From Amoeboaphelidium protococcarum X5 (taxonomy: Eukaryota > Fungi > Aphelidiomycota), in assembly GCA_023515725.1 (NCBI GenBank), contig JALDTO010000058.1, positions 1 through 22,690 of the forward strand: a stretch of 22,690 nt of DNA, given 5' to 3'. Positions 9,356 through 20,752 of this stretch are shown here, in pieces (the first letter of the stretch is position 1; every line of letters begins with the position of its first letter). The notes below the pieces were generated by a model. The model saw only the letters and a program-made list of their open reading frames with translations. It ran no database searches and was not told the origin of the DNA. The translations under genes were made by a program, and so were the position numbers.

Positions 9356-11587
9356 ATGCAGAAAAGGCTCTCGCTTTTAAATAAGCTTCACCGTGGAAGT
9401 CTGGCTAGATTCTAGTCCACAGTTAAGGATGCTCCTCCACAGACGATTGAGGTGTTCGTGGACGGAAAGTCTGTGAAAGTGCACCCTGGTTCTGCTCTGA
9501 TTTAGGCTTGTGAAAAGGCTGGAGCTGTTATTCCAAGATTTTGTTATCATGAGAGACTGGCCGTTGCAGGTAATTGTAGAATGTGTCTGGTAGAGGTGGA
9601 GAAGGTACCGAAGCCTGTCGCTTCCTGTGCTTACCCCATCATGAACGGGATGAAAGTGTTCACCAACACTCCGATGGTTCACAAGGCCAGGGAGGGGATT
9701 ATGGAATTTTTGCTCAGCAATCATCCACTCGACTGCCCTATTTGTGATCAAGGTGGTGAATGTGATCTGTAGGATTAGAGCATTAGGTATGGAAGTGATC
9801 GCGGTAGGTTCCGTGAGGTTGATGGTAAGCGCGCCGTTGAGGACAAAGATTTTGGTCCTCTGGTGAAGACTTCCATGAATAGATGTATCCACTGTACTCG
9901 CTGCGTTAGATTCGCTAATGAAGTGGCTGGTGCCGAAGAGCTAGGAACTTCTGGTAGAGGTAATTAGATGTAGATTGGCACTTACATTGAGAAGACGATC
10001 AACTCTGAAATGTCTGGCAATATCATTGACCTGTGTCCTGTCGGTGCGCTCACATCCAAGCCTTATGAGTTCAAGTCCAGGCCATGGGAATTGAAGAAGA
10101 CTGAAAGTATTGATGTCCTAGATGCTCTTGGTAGTAATATCCGCGTGGACTCTAGAGGAACGGAGGTGTTGAGAATATTGCCGCGTACCAATGATGATAT
10201 CAATGAGGAGTGGATCAATGACAAGACTCGGTTCGCCTATGATGGTCTGAAGAGGTAGAGATTAACTGCTCCGCTTGTTAAGCAGGCAGATGGTTCCTTC
10301 TAGTAGGTCACGTGGAAGAATGCCTTGCAATTGGTAGCGGATAAGTTAAAGTCGGTGGAGCCTGCTTAGATTACTGCGGTGGCTGGTTAATTGGCTGACG
10401 TTGAATCTATGCTGTCTCTGAAGGATCTTTTGTCGCAGTTTGGATCTAACAATTTCAGACTTGATGGATAGTATTTGTAGCAGGATTCTATGCCTGGTTG
10501 GAGCGCTGATCTGAGAAGTAATTACCTGTTTAACAGCTAGATTAAGAATGTTGAACTTGCAGATGCCATCCTATTGATCGGTTGCAATCCTAGACACGAA
10601 GCTGCTGGACTTAATGTGCGCATTAGAAAGAACTGGCTGAGATATACTTTGCAGGTTGGTCTGGTTGGACCTCAAGTGGATTTGACTTACGACTATGATC
10701 ATATTGGCAAGTCACTGAATGCGCTTAGCTCTTTTGAGAAGCACAAGTTTTTTAGTGTTCTATCCAAGGCACAGAAGCCAATGATAGTTATGGGTAGTTC
10801 TGTCATGGATAGACCAGATACATCAGCAGTGTTGTAGCAAGTGGCAACTTTGTCAAAGAAAATTCCTAATCTTGTTACTGAGCAATGGAATGGATTTAAT
10901 GTTCTATGGAGAAATGCATCTAGTGCCGGTGCTGCAGATGTTGGATTCGTTCCTAATCACAAATCCACGCCTCTGAGTGAAAGCAAGTTGGTGTACCTGC
11001 TGAATGCTGATCAACTACCACATAAGTCTATTCCTGAAGATGCATTTGTCATCTATTAGGGACACCACGGTGACGAGGGTGCTGCACTGGCTGATGTTGT
11101 CCTACCTGGGTGTGCATATACTGAGAAGTCTGCCGAGTACGTCAACACTGAAGGCCGTCCATAGATGACAAAGGCTGCGATTAACGCTTTAGGAAGTGCC
11201 AAAGAGGACTGGAAGATTGTGAGGGCTCTTTCTGAAATTGCCGGAAAACCATTGCCATATGATGAGTATTATTCTCTGAGAGATCGTCTGAGGGAAGTCG
11301 CGCCACACATGGTGAATTACGGTCTGGTGGAGTAGAGCACTTTTGGCCAGCTGTCATTGGATTCGTGGAAGGAATTGGCTGGCAAGAGCAAGTTGTCTTC
11401 TAATGATATCCAGTTGCCTATCTAGGACTTTTACATGACTGATGTTATTAGCCGTTCCAGTATGACCATGGCTAAATGCAGTGTGGCATTTACCTAAGGC
11501 AGAAGTGTGGGCTAGAAGAACTACACCAAGTTGGAGAGTGCTGGCTAGTCTTAACAATAGCAATAACAGTAGTCTTAGTAGCACTGA
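9356..11587 (+). CDS. NDUFS1: NADH:ubiquinone oxidoreductase 75-kDa Fe-S subunit, mitochondrial precursor, 743 aa
   Basis: Basic presequence [22 protein letters not shown]; [25 protein letters not shown]; [17 protein letters not shown][Q]D[Q]S with TAG codons; [11 protein letters not shown]; [13 protein letters not shown]; IY[TAG]GHHGD; [18 protein letters not shown]; TGA at 11585-11587. Confidence 0.97.
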
Positions 11588-11629
11588 ATTAAATAAAAGA
11601 AAATTTTCTGAGGAGTTTTATATTTTTTT

Positions 11630-13030
11630 TCATCTATTCACTTGCTCATTGATCAACTCAGATTAAACTTCAGCAGTGCCACCTCCGCTGCTTATATTCT
11701 TGGATCGAATAACCGCATCTTCACCGCCAGATACCATAATGCCACGATTCCAATCAACGCTAAACACTTTATCAACATTGTCCAAATTACCCAAAGTCTG
11801 AACATGAGCACTTGATCCAGAGTGGAACACAGACAGCGCAGATCTACTTCGAACATCCCAAAGCTTGACCGATCCATCATAGGAGGAGCTTGCAAAATTG
11901 TACTGAGTGGATGGATTCCATTTCACACTGCCAACCCAGCTAGAATGAGCACGGCTCATCTTGACAATCTAAGTGAACTCATCATGATCGCCGCTGCTCT
12001 AACCCCAAACGCGGATGTCTCCATTACTACAGCCGGCTACCAACATACCTGACATTGGATGCACATCAGCACACAGGACAGAGTGATCGCAATTAATAAT
12101 CTACTACGCACTCTGAATCTCCAAGTCCCAGATCCGTATCGTGTTATCTATACTAGCAGATACAATTTTGCCAGCATTGCGACCAGACATAAACTTTAAA
12201 CTTACCACTGCCCCAGTATGACCATCCAGATTCAAAATAGGACGAGTAATTGGCATGGAATCAATTCTCTACTTTTTGGAATTATCGTCACTTGGATTCT
12301 CTGAAGACACTTCTACAGTAGATGGAACCTCATAAATGCTCACTGAACCAGAAAATTATCCCACCGCAATAGATATACCATCAAGACTGAACGCTAGACT
12401 TTCGACTGAATCTGACAATGGACCAATTTAACCACATAGCTACAAGTCAGAGCCATTGTACGCGTAAATCCTAACTAATCTGTCCAAAGATCCCATGGCA
12501 ATTAAGACTTCACTATCGCCAGAGACGGTTGAATCCTGAACCTGATGGATACATAACGCTTTGATGGCCATTTACGAGTCTTTAGCAGATGCTTTGAGCC
12601 TCAGATTGCCATCACAGCCTCTAGATAGAACATTAAGCGATCCATCAAAAGAAGTGGACACTATCAAGTCCTTTGATACAATTTAAACGCGACTTATCCA
12701 ATCGTCCATTACAATCTCTGACGCGCCATTCTCACCTCCAGACTGTAAACCATAAATCACGGTAATCTTGATCGTATTCTCCAGTGAAAGCTAATTCTTA
12801 AGTATATAAGACTATAACGTGGTGTTCAAGAGGGTACCATCAATGAGAAACTAAAATTATACAGATTAATTGTTATCAGCAGTCTGGAGTAAATGTTTAA
12901 CGACCTGATTCAATCCAGCTGGGCCAACTTCAGTAGGAACGCGTAAAGGTAACTGCGGAATGCCTGCAACCTCTTGACTTTCAAACACAATTTACACCGC
13001 CTTTTAACTGCTATTGATACTTTCACTCAT
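11630..13030 (-). CDS. YTM1: Ribosome biogenesis WD40 protein YTM1/WDR12 (NLE/UBL domain + WD repeats), ~466 aa
   Basis: N-terminal LNQVVKHLL...FQFLIDGTLLNTTLQSYILKNQLSLENTIKI (NLE domain), DDWISRV, STSFDGS, HSSWVGSVKWNP, SSSYDGSVKLWDVRS, DKVFSVDW, SGGED. ATG to TGA spans 1401 nt in one frame. Confidence 0.88.
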
Positions 13031-13628
13031 ACTTATACTTTTTAATTAAATCTAATTAAAATGACTGCAGTTATATCAGATTTAAATTTAAAATACAGGA
13101 AGAGTTAAAAGGGGGATTTGAATATTTTTTCATCTTTTTCAGTTTCAAATCTTGATCTCTACCGCTTTAGGATCAACTGCGAAAGCATCATTTGCAGTCC
13201 TTTTTGCTTACTTCAGACGTAAAGTGCTCAAATGTTTAAGTGATTCATCTTTGAAACGCTGCAAGTTGAACAGGTTTATTAATCAGCATGAGATCAACTA
13301 AAGTAGTAATAAAGGAAGATGTGATTGCATTGTACAGCCGCTTTTCATGCTCTGTTGATCGCGCGTTGATTTTTGAATCTTTTCGTCGCGTTGTCGTTCC
13401 GGTCGGAAATTGTGTTCGTTCGTCGGCGGTTTGGCGGTGGAGAACTTTACCGTGTCTGTGGCAAAATCGTCTGTTCATCTAATATCTGTTGAAGTGTATC
13501 ATTGCTCACATCTTCTTTTGGCTGAGGTGCTTTGGAGAGTTCTCTTATTAATTTCGCTCTTTGGATCTATCAAGATTTATATATCCTACATTGATATATT
13601 GACAACTTTGGGAAATTAGTATAATTAT

Positions 13629-15674
13629 ATGAGCTCAAGCGTATAGCCGAAAGGTGTGCTAAGTAGACAAGATTCGGAAGATGTTAGAAGTGAGTAGTAG
13701 GATATGGTCGCTCCTCTTCCCACGACTGTCGCTAGTTAGTTGGTATCTCAGTACTCATACTCCACACCTAGTGGTGGTACTTCGCATTCGAATTATACTA
13801 CTGCATAGAGTAATACATCTGGTTCTGCTGTGTAAGGAGCCAATGTCGCTGGTCAGTAGTCATCCATTCAGCCGAGTACTAGTTCTGGTGGTCTCTTTCA
13901 GTCAATGATGTCCGTCGGTGCCATCAGTGTTAAGAGTAATGCTCCATCTAGTGCATCAACTAGTCGATAAGCATCATAAATGTCCGTTGACAGTTCTACA
14001 TAGCAGGAACCACCATATTCGCTTCATATTGAGGACTACCAGGTGCAGAAAGTTATCGGATTTGGCTCATCCGCCTCGGTGCATGTCGCCGTGTATAAAC
14101 CTTTGAACAAGTAGGTGGCGATCAAAGTCATTGAACTTGATTAGTTTGAACGGAATCAGATTGATGAGTTGCGTAAAGAGTTACAGGTTATGACACTGTC
14201 TAGACATCCGAATCTGCTCCCGGTGAAGGGATCTTTTGTGGTGGAGAGTAAGCTGTATATTGTGACCCCGTTGTGCTATGCCGGCTCATGTCTTGATATT
14301 ATGAAGTGTGCGTTCACTGATGGACTGGATGAAGGTGCCATCTCTTGCATTCTCAAGTAGGCCCTGTAAGGATTGGAGTATCTGCACAAGACGGGACTTA
14401 TACATAGAGACGTGAAATCTGGTAATCTTCTGATGGAGGAGGACGGTACGGTGCGGCTTGCAGATTTTGGTGTGTCCGCCTCCCTATATGATGTCGGTGA
14501 TCGAGGAAAGTTGAGAAAGACCTTTGTAGGGACACCGTGTTGGATATCGCCGGAGATTGTGTAGCAGACTGGTTATAATCAGAAGACTGACATATGGTCT
14601 TTTGGTATTACTGCGCTGGAACTGGCTCATGGTCGAGCACCATTCTCCAAATTCCCGCCAATGAAGGTGTTGATGATGACCTTGTAGAATGATCCTCCGA
14701 CCTTGGATAGAAATAATAGCAAACGAAAATTTACTAGGACGTTCAAGGATATGATTGACTCTTGTCTCATTAAAGATCCGGCCAAGAGACCATCTTCTGA
14801 TAAATTGTTGCAACATTCCTTTTTCAGGCATGCCAAGAAGAAGCAATATCTGGTGGATGTGATCATAAGTAAAATTCCTCCTGTTGTAGATCGCCCGCAT
14901 AAAGAGCCTAAAGTTGTGATGCAGGAGTAGATGGAGGAGTAGAGTTGGGATTTTGATGATGTTGATGTTGCCAAGTTGACTTTAGGTAAAGATGAGATTT
15001 ATAGTGATGGATCGAATGAAGTGAGTCCGTACGCATCTGATGAAGCTCTGAGTTCTGGTGCGCAATCACGCGATAGGAGTGCAAGCAGTGTGCGAGGTTA
15101 AGCTCAAGATTTTGTAATGTCCCCGAGTGGTGGTGCTGGTACTGGTTCTGAAGCTCAGACTCCGGCATCGACTCAGTAGTAAAAGAAGGGAAGATTTGTG
15201 GTGGATGTCCCCTCTCAGCAACACTCTGCTTCTCAGTAGCAGCATCATCATCAGTAGAGTGGCTCTGTCGCTAGTTCTGCTCGTGATGGTGATGGATTCG
15301 GTGGTGTTTTATCATAAGCGAGTTCTTATCCAGCATCTGCCAAGTAATCCATAAGCAGTTCTGTTGGACACGCATCAGCTGTAGGCCTAGGATTGATGAA
15401 TGCAGAAGACAATGCAAATGGAGATGGAAAAGGACACCATTTGCCTTCACAGGAACATCATCATTAGCAGTAGTCTTCAGCGCAACAATAACCGCAATAG
15501 TAATAGTAGCAGTAGCAGTAGTAGCCAAATGCAACTGTAATGCAGCCTAATATAACTGCTCCATCAGCATCTGAGGTGAAGAAGGGCCGATTCTCTGTGA
15601 TAAAAGACACGATCAAGGACACTATTAAAGACAGTCTTTTGAGTAGCGGAGGTGGCGGGCACAATGCAAAATGA
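13629..15674 (+). CDS. STE20-family Ser/Thr kinase, OSR1/SPAK (Fray, GCK-VI)-like, 681 aa
   Basis: [116 protein letters not shown][Q]NDPPTL. Low-complexity N- and C-terminal arms. Confidence 0.92.
15495..15524 (+). repeat. Poly-Gln10 tract encoded by mixed CAA/TAG/TAA/CAG codons
   Basis: CAA TAG TAA TAG TAG CAG TAG CAG TAG TAG in frame within the kinase C-terminal arm. Confidence 0.85.
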
Positions 15675-15981
15675 CCATGACAATTGAAATATATTTTATT
15701 GATAAATTGCGCATAGCTGGTATATCTATTTTCGTCGATATCAGTTGCCATCACTGTACAAAACTATAATTGAAAGATGCTGTTTCAGCAATGTCAGCCA
15801 CACTCCGGTCTCTCGCTCTCTCTTCGTCTTTCTCTCTTTCTCCGTTGACGTTCGCTGAGTTTTCATCGCTCATTCTCTCATCTGAAGAACTGGAGAAGAA
15901 TCGCTTTGTTTCAAGCTTACTATTTACACACTCTTTCATAGCGTTGAATCGATCAAATTAAGATTATAAGTCAAGTTCAAT

Positions 15982-16623
15982 ATGGCTACCATTTCTGTAA
16001 GTCTCTACTTTCCGGTAGCGAACTATATCTTATCGCTGTATTATGTTATTTGTAGGAGAATAGAAAAGAAATCGAGGCTGCTTACTAGGATGTTCGGTAA
16101 GTTGTGAATGTTTCGTAGTCATTTTTTTTCATGATGATGTACGCTGTGTGTATCGGCTTGTAGTGATGATAAGACTCCTACCACTTTTGTCATCCTTGAG
16201 TATGTTGAGGGCAAGGAGCAGTTGAAGGTTGCTCAGAAAGGTATGTCTTGATACTGTCCTCTCTCTTCTTAAATTCTCATTATTTTGTCATTTATCGTCA
16301 AATGTACTGTAGGTTCTGGTGACTGGAAAGAGGTTGTGTCCCATCTGAAGGAAGACCAGGCTCAGTTCGCCTTTGTCCGTTATGTCTACTCCAATGACCC
16401 AATGTCTCACCGTGCAAAATTTGTGTTCATCGCTTGGTGCGGTCCACAGGTGAAGGTTATGCGCAAGGCCAAGTTGACTGTGCAGATTGCCGATGTCAAG
16501 ACTGTGTTCAAGAACTTTGCTGTTGAAGTGCAAACTGGCGATCTGGAGGATCTTGAGGAGGGTAAGGTGTTGAAGTTGATCAAGAAGGCTGGCGGTGCTT
16601 CTTATGATGGTCAGGCATCTTGA
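15982..16623 (+). CDS. Coactosin-like ADF-H domain actin-binding protein, 147 aa; exons 15982-15996, 16056-16096, 16164-16240, 16313-16623
   Basis: MATISENRKEIEAAYQDVRDDKTPTTFVILEY...GSGDWKEVVSHLKEDQAQFAFVRYVYSNDPMSHRAKFVFIAWCGPQVKVMRKAKL...KAGGASYD: coactosin motifs AY..VR.D, D.MS.R.KF, KAGGA.Y. Confidence 0.92.
15997..16055 (+). other. Spliceosomal intron, 59 nt (GTAAGT...TGTAG)
   Basis: Links ATG GCT ACC ATT TCT in frame to exon 2. Confidence 0.88.
16097..16163 (+). other. Spliceosomal intron, 67 nt (GTAAGT...TGTAG)
   Basis: Removal restores the conserved DVR-DD of coactosin. Confidence 0.92.
16241..16312 (+). other. Spliceosomal intron, 72 nt (GTATGT...TGTAG)
   Basis: Contains an in-frame TGA; removal restores AQK-GSGD. 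Confidence 0.92.
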
Positions 16624-16836
16624 ATACTGTATACTCCTCCTCCGATGATAGTTGAGAAATTGCTGGATTTAAAGAGATTTAAACTAGCTAATTGTTGAAT
16701 GTGATTGGTGAATGGATAAACGAAAAATTAAAGGGAGATTTTTGTTGAAATTTGTCTTACTTTAATTATCTTCTCTTTACTCAACCAAACTGTCTTCTCA
16801 AAAGTAATTACTCAATTACCAATCGGCAATAAAATC

Positions 16837-17742
16837 ATGTCTGTGTGGATAGATTGGGACAAGCTTATTGAAGATCGCTGTAAATTGAATAATGAGTTGA
16901 GGGAGACTTTGCAATAAGAGTTAAATGCTCGACTCTCTTCATAGACTGATATGCTGGCTGATGTTGAAATAGAAGAGTTTGAAATAGGATAATCGACACC
17001 TATCATATAATTGCACGATATTGCTGATATTTTAGCTTTGCATGAGGAGCGATAGAGCAATGATATTTAACAATCAACAGATCCACTCCGGCAATCGATG
17101 ATTATTGAGGAGGAATCACATGATGATGATTTGAGTGTATCGTCATCATCTTCTACTGCAGAAAGCGGCAATCGCGTCGCGAAATTGTTACAATCGACAG
17201 CTATTGTGTTTTCAGTGCAGTATGGCTTACTGGATGAAGAGCATGTTCATACTGGTTTCCGCATAAAGTTCGGTGCTGCATTAAATCTAAATTATCCGAC
17301 TGAGCGATTCTTATAGTTGCCTTTGTAGATTACAATAAAAAATGTTAGAATCGATGCCAAAATCGCAATGTCTGCAGACAAGCTCGAAGTTTAGGCGAAG
17401 AGTGATGAGGAATTATAGCGTCTGATACAATACGACATTGAAATTGATATTGGTGATGCTGATAATGGCGGCGGCAAATAGCTGCGAAATGTACATAAAG
17501 TTGAAATGTTCATTAAAGAACAAGTGAGGTTATTACTGATGGATTATTTGGTGGCGCCCAACTTTATGAAATTGCCTTTCGTTGATTTGATGAAGAAGCG
17601 CGATTTGGATTCCTCAATGGCGAGTGATGTATCATTTCACGGTCATCAATCGTCTGGTAGTGAGGAGTTTTTGTATGAAGATAATGATGTTTTATTGTCC
17701 AATACCTTGCGGCAGCGAAATGATTACTCTGCAATAGATTGA
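16837..17742 (+). CDS. MDM12: ERMES complex SMP-domain subunit Mdm12, 301 aa
   Basis: MSVWIDWDKL...LNNELRETLQQELN...EIEEFEIGQSTPIIQLHDIAD; LNLNYPTERFLQLPLQITI; EIDIGD...LRNVHKVEMFIKEQVRLLLMDYLVAPNF. These mirror the Mdm12 patterns MS.DI.W, NYP...F..LP..L.I and LKNV.KVE.F...LV.P. Confidence 0.87.
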
Positions 17743-17897
17743 AGTTTGTATTGTAAAAGCTAGATAAAAGAATTCTGTCTTTAGTTTCTTCTGATTCGCG
17801 TTTCCATGGTATCATTAACTGAATTGAACTTCTTCATTACATCTTAACACTTTTTTCTCTCTTTATGTCCTAATAATGTCACTCTGCATTCTATCAA

Positions 17898-19385
17898 ATG
17901 AATCCCTATAATGATACTTCATCTGGCTCATAAAGCAACAAATATCTTTCCAATACTTCCTCTAGCGGAACCAACAAGTACTTACTTTAACGGGACTAAT
18001 AATTGAAATCAGAAACGCTCAATCGAATCAACAACGATCGGCCAGCTGTTTAAAAATCTGTGAGCCTCTCTGATGGTAAAGAATTTTACTAGTCTACGCC
18101 CAAGATTACAAATAAGTATTTGAGATCATATGATGAAGCTTCCTTGAGTGTATCCTCAATTACCAACATGCCCTCTCAACCATAAAAATTGATTCCCAAT
18201 TCTGATCGCGGTACTAATGGACGAGAATCAATGCCGACCGAAGATGATCTTCATGGCGATCGGCTAACAAAGTTGAAACAATTAGAATTGGCCAAGTTGA
18301 ACTAAAAACGCGCCCAGCTATAAGCTTTGGTAAGTAGTGAGGATGATCTAGACGCAAAGTCTGGTGGATAAGAAGATGAGTCAAGTCCTCAGACAGCTGA
18401 AGATAATCAAAAATTTTAATTGATTGTCCCATTACATGAGAACTTGAGCACGTAAGCCGATCCGAATGCATCATTAGGTGGATAGGATGATGTGAATCCT
18501 GTAAATACGGACTAAATTAAAAAAGAAACGAGTGTCAATAATTCGAATATACCTCAAGATGTTGAGGAGAAGAGGGACTTCATGTTTAATGCCATCTCTC
18601 CAAAGTCAGAGTTATAATGCAGGATCCAGAGATAGCCTAATAAAGGTCCTGGGATTTAGTTCCCCTTAATGGCCAAGTCCCATTTCTCGTATAAGCTTTT
18701 CATTGACAAAGAGTCTGAGTAATAGAATAGCCATATGCTGACTGCTATAAAGATTAAAACCAATGGCTTAAATGGTGGATCAATATACGCGATAACATGC
18801 TAGAAGAATATTCATAATGATTTGGAGTCAGGTAGACTGGTTAGCGTGTGTGCGTATCTTAAAGCCAATTTTCTAGGTACTGAATTCATTCTCCATGAGC
18901 ATAGGTAATCGTTAAATAATAGCAGTTAAATATTGGACTTTAATCAATAATCTCAAGGGCGGTAACTGATGGCTGTGATGTATGAGACTAATATGCTTGG
19001 CATGAGAGGTCCTCGTAAGATGACCATAATCACGCGGCGATAACAAGATGACGGCGTTAACATGGATGTTAGTGATGAGCGTGTTGATAATCTGGCAGAA
19101 TCTTATCGAAGTGGAAATTGGGATAATCTCAACATCATGATTAACAAATAGCCAGTCTGGAATGAGGCGACTCAGGCTTATTGTTTAAACTTTCATGGCA
19201 GAGTCACAAGGCCTAGTGTTAAAAACTTTTAAATAGTCACAGAGGAGAAAATTGATCAAGTTTTGGTGCAGTTTGGTAAAATATCCTCAAACGCGTTCAC
19301 TTTAGATCTAAGGTATCCGTTCTGCCCAGTTCAAGCATTCGCTCTTGCTCTTAGTAGTTTTGACTCCAAACTAGCGTGTGAATGA
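17898..19385 (+). CDS. Tubby-domain protein (TULP-like), 495 aa
   Basis: [63 protein letters not shown][TAA=Q][31 protein letters not shown]. Invisible in the standard-code ORF track because of dense TAA codons. Confidence 0.95.
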
Positions 19386-19762
19386 ATTGTCTGTTCATTT
19401 TAAATTACATTTATCGTCATTAAAATTCTCTTTTTCAAGGAGATAGCCAATTCAGTTTTGATATATGATCATTTTGATAGCATTTAATCACTTTTGAAAT
19501 CGATCGCCGCTTCGCCTGACAGTTAAAGCATGTTTTACCAATAGAAGTTTATTGTACCGTAGTATTATGGCCTAGAATAAGGTTGTTATCATATACGCCT
19601 TTGCATGTTATATAAAAATCTAGATTAATTTGGAAATGTCTTAATTATAATATTTCAGCTTGACGTTTGAACAACGAAATTGAGTCTGAGCGTGAATTTT
19701 CGGATCATCTTCAGCGTCGTCTCCTTTCGGCTTCGTTGCGTATCAATTGTGAGATGCATTCA

Positions 19763-20701
19763 ATGAGCTTAAGATTATGGACTGCAACTTTATTCAGTTC
19801 AACTAAAATTGCTTAATAAACTCTGGATGAGATCAAATAGTTATTGCTTCAGTCAAGCGGCTGTAGTGTTGGTGCGATTAAAGAGATGAATGCTGATGGA
19901 ACGTGTGTAGAGATTGCCTTCCAATGCGACTATTCTTAGATCGAGGTATTGCGTTAGAAGATCGTGGTAGAGGCTCGGACAAAGCATGGCATAGATTTCG
20001 CTCTTTAAGAAGATAATGTCTTTAGGAAGTATAAGCGTTTAGTCGTGTTTGATATGGACTCGACTCTCATTTAGTAGGAGGTCATCGATGAGCTGGCTCG
20101 CTGCGTCAATGTTGTAGATCAAGTTTCCGCTATAACCGAGCGCGCTATGAATGGCGAAATTGACTTCAAAGAGAGCTTGCGATAGAGAGTAGCCTTATTG
20201 GATAAAAGTCCCGTGAATGTCATTGATATAGTACGCGAGCGTATTACTTTTACGCCTGGAGTTAAGGAGTTGTGTGCAGTGCTGAAAACTCTCGGTTATA
20301 AACTTGCAGTCCTATCTGGTGGCTTTCAAGTTCTGGCTGATTATGTCAAGTCTGAGTTGAATTTGGATTACGCCTTTGCCAACCATCTTGAGGTATCCTC
20401 GGATGGAAAGTTGCTGACTGGAAGAACTAATGGTACTATTGTTGATGCTGAGCGTAAAGCTGATCTACTTCAAACCATCGCAAAGATTGAAGGTGTACGT
20501 AGGGAGCAGATTATCGCGGTCGGTGATGGAGCGAATGATTTGCTGATGCTACAAGCAGCTGGTCTTGGTGTGGCATTTAACGCAAAGCCAAAAGTGTAGA
20601 AGCTGGCTCAAGTCAGTATTAACTAGAAGAATATGCTGTGTCTATTACATCTTTTGGGTTTAACCACTCAATATATTGAGGACTTGTAAAAGCTAAATTG
20701 A
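19763..20701 (+). CDS. SER2: Phosphoserine phosphatase (SerB/SER2; ACT-like N-domain + HAD domain), ~312 aa (alternative ATG at 19754)
   Basis: DFAL[TAA]EDNVFRKYKRLVVFDMDSTLI[TAG][TAG]EVIDE, ITERAMNGEIDFKESL, LAVLSGGF, DYAFANHLE, AVGDGANDLLML, GVAFNAKPKV. An in-frame TGA at 19661 bounds the start. Confidence 0.93.
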
Positions 20702-20752
20702 TCAAATCACGTAATGTATCTACTGTATAAACTCATTGCATTGCATGCGAGT

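Noticed and set aside
13121-13134. RRPE-like element (GATGAAAAAATATT on the minus strand) upstream of YTM1
   Set aside because: Imperfect match in AT-rich DNA; a similar string occurs at the YTM1 3' end, so it is not distinguishable from background.
13245-13619. Short ORFs between YTM1 and the kinase
   Set aside because: No motifs; the region looks like a divergent promoter plus long 5' UTR.
19530-19670. 46-codon ATG-TGA frame and a TTTCAG acceptor-like site upstream of SER2 suggesting an extra exon
   Set aside because: Splicing at 19658 runs into an in-frame TGA at 19661; SER2 is already of normal fungal length from ATG 19754/19763.
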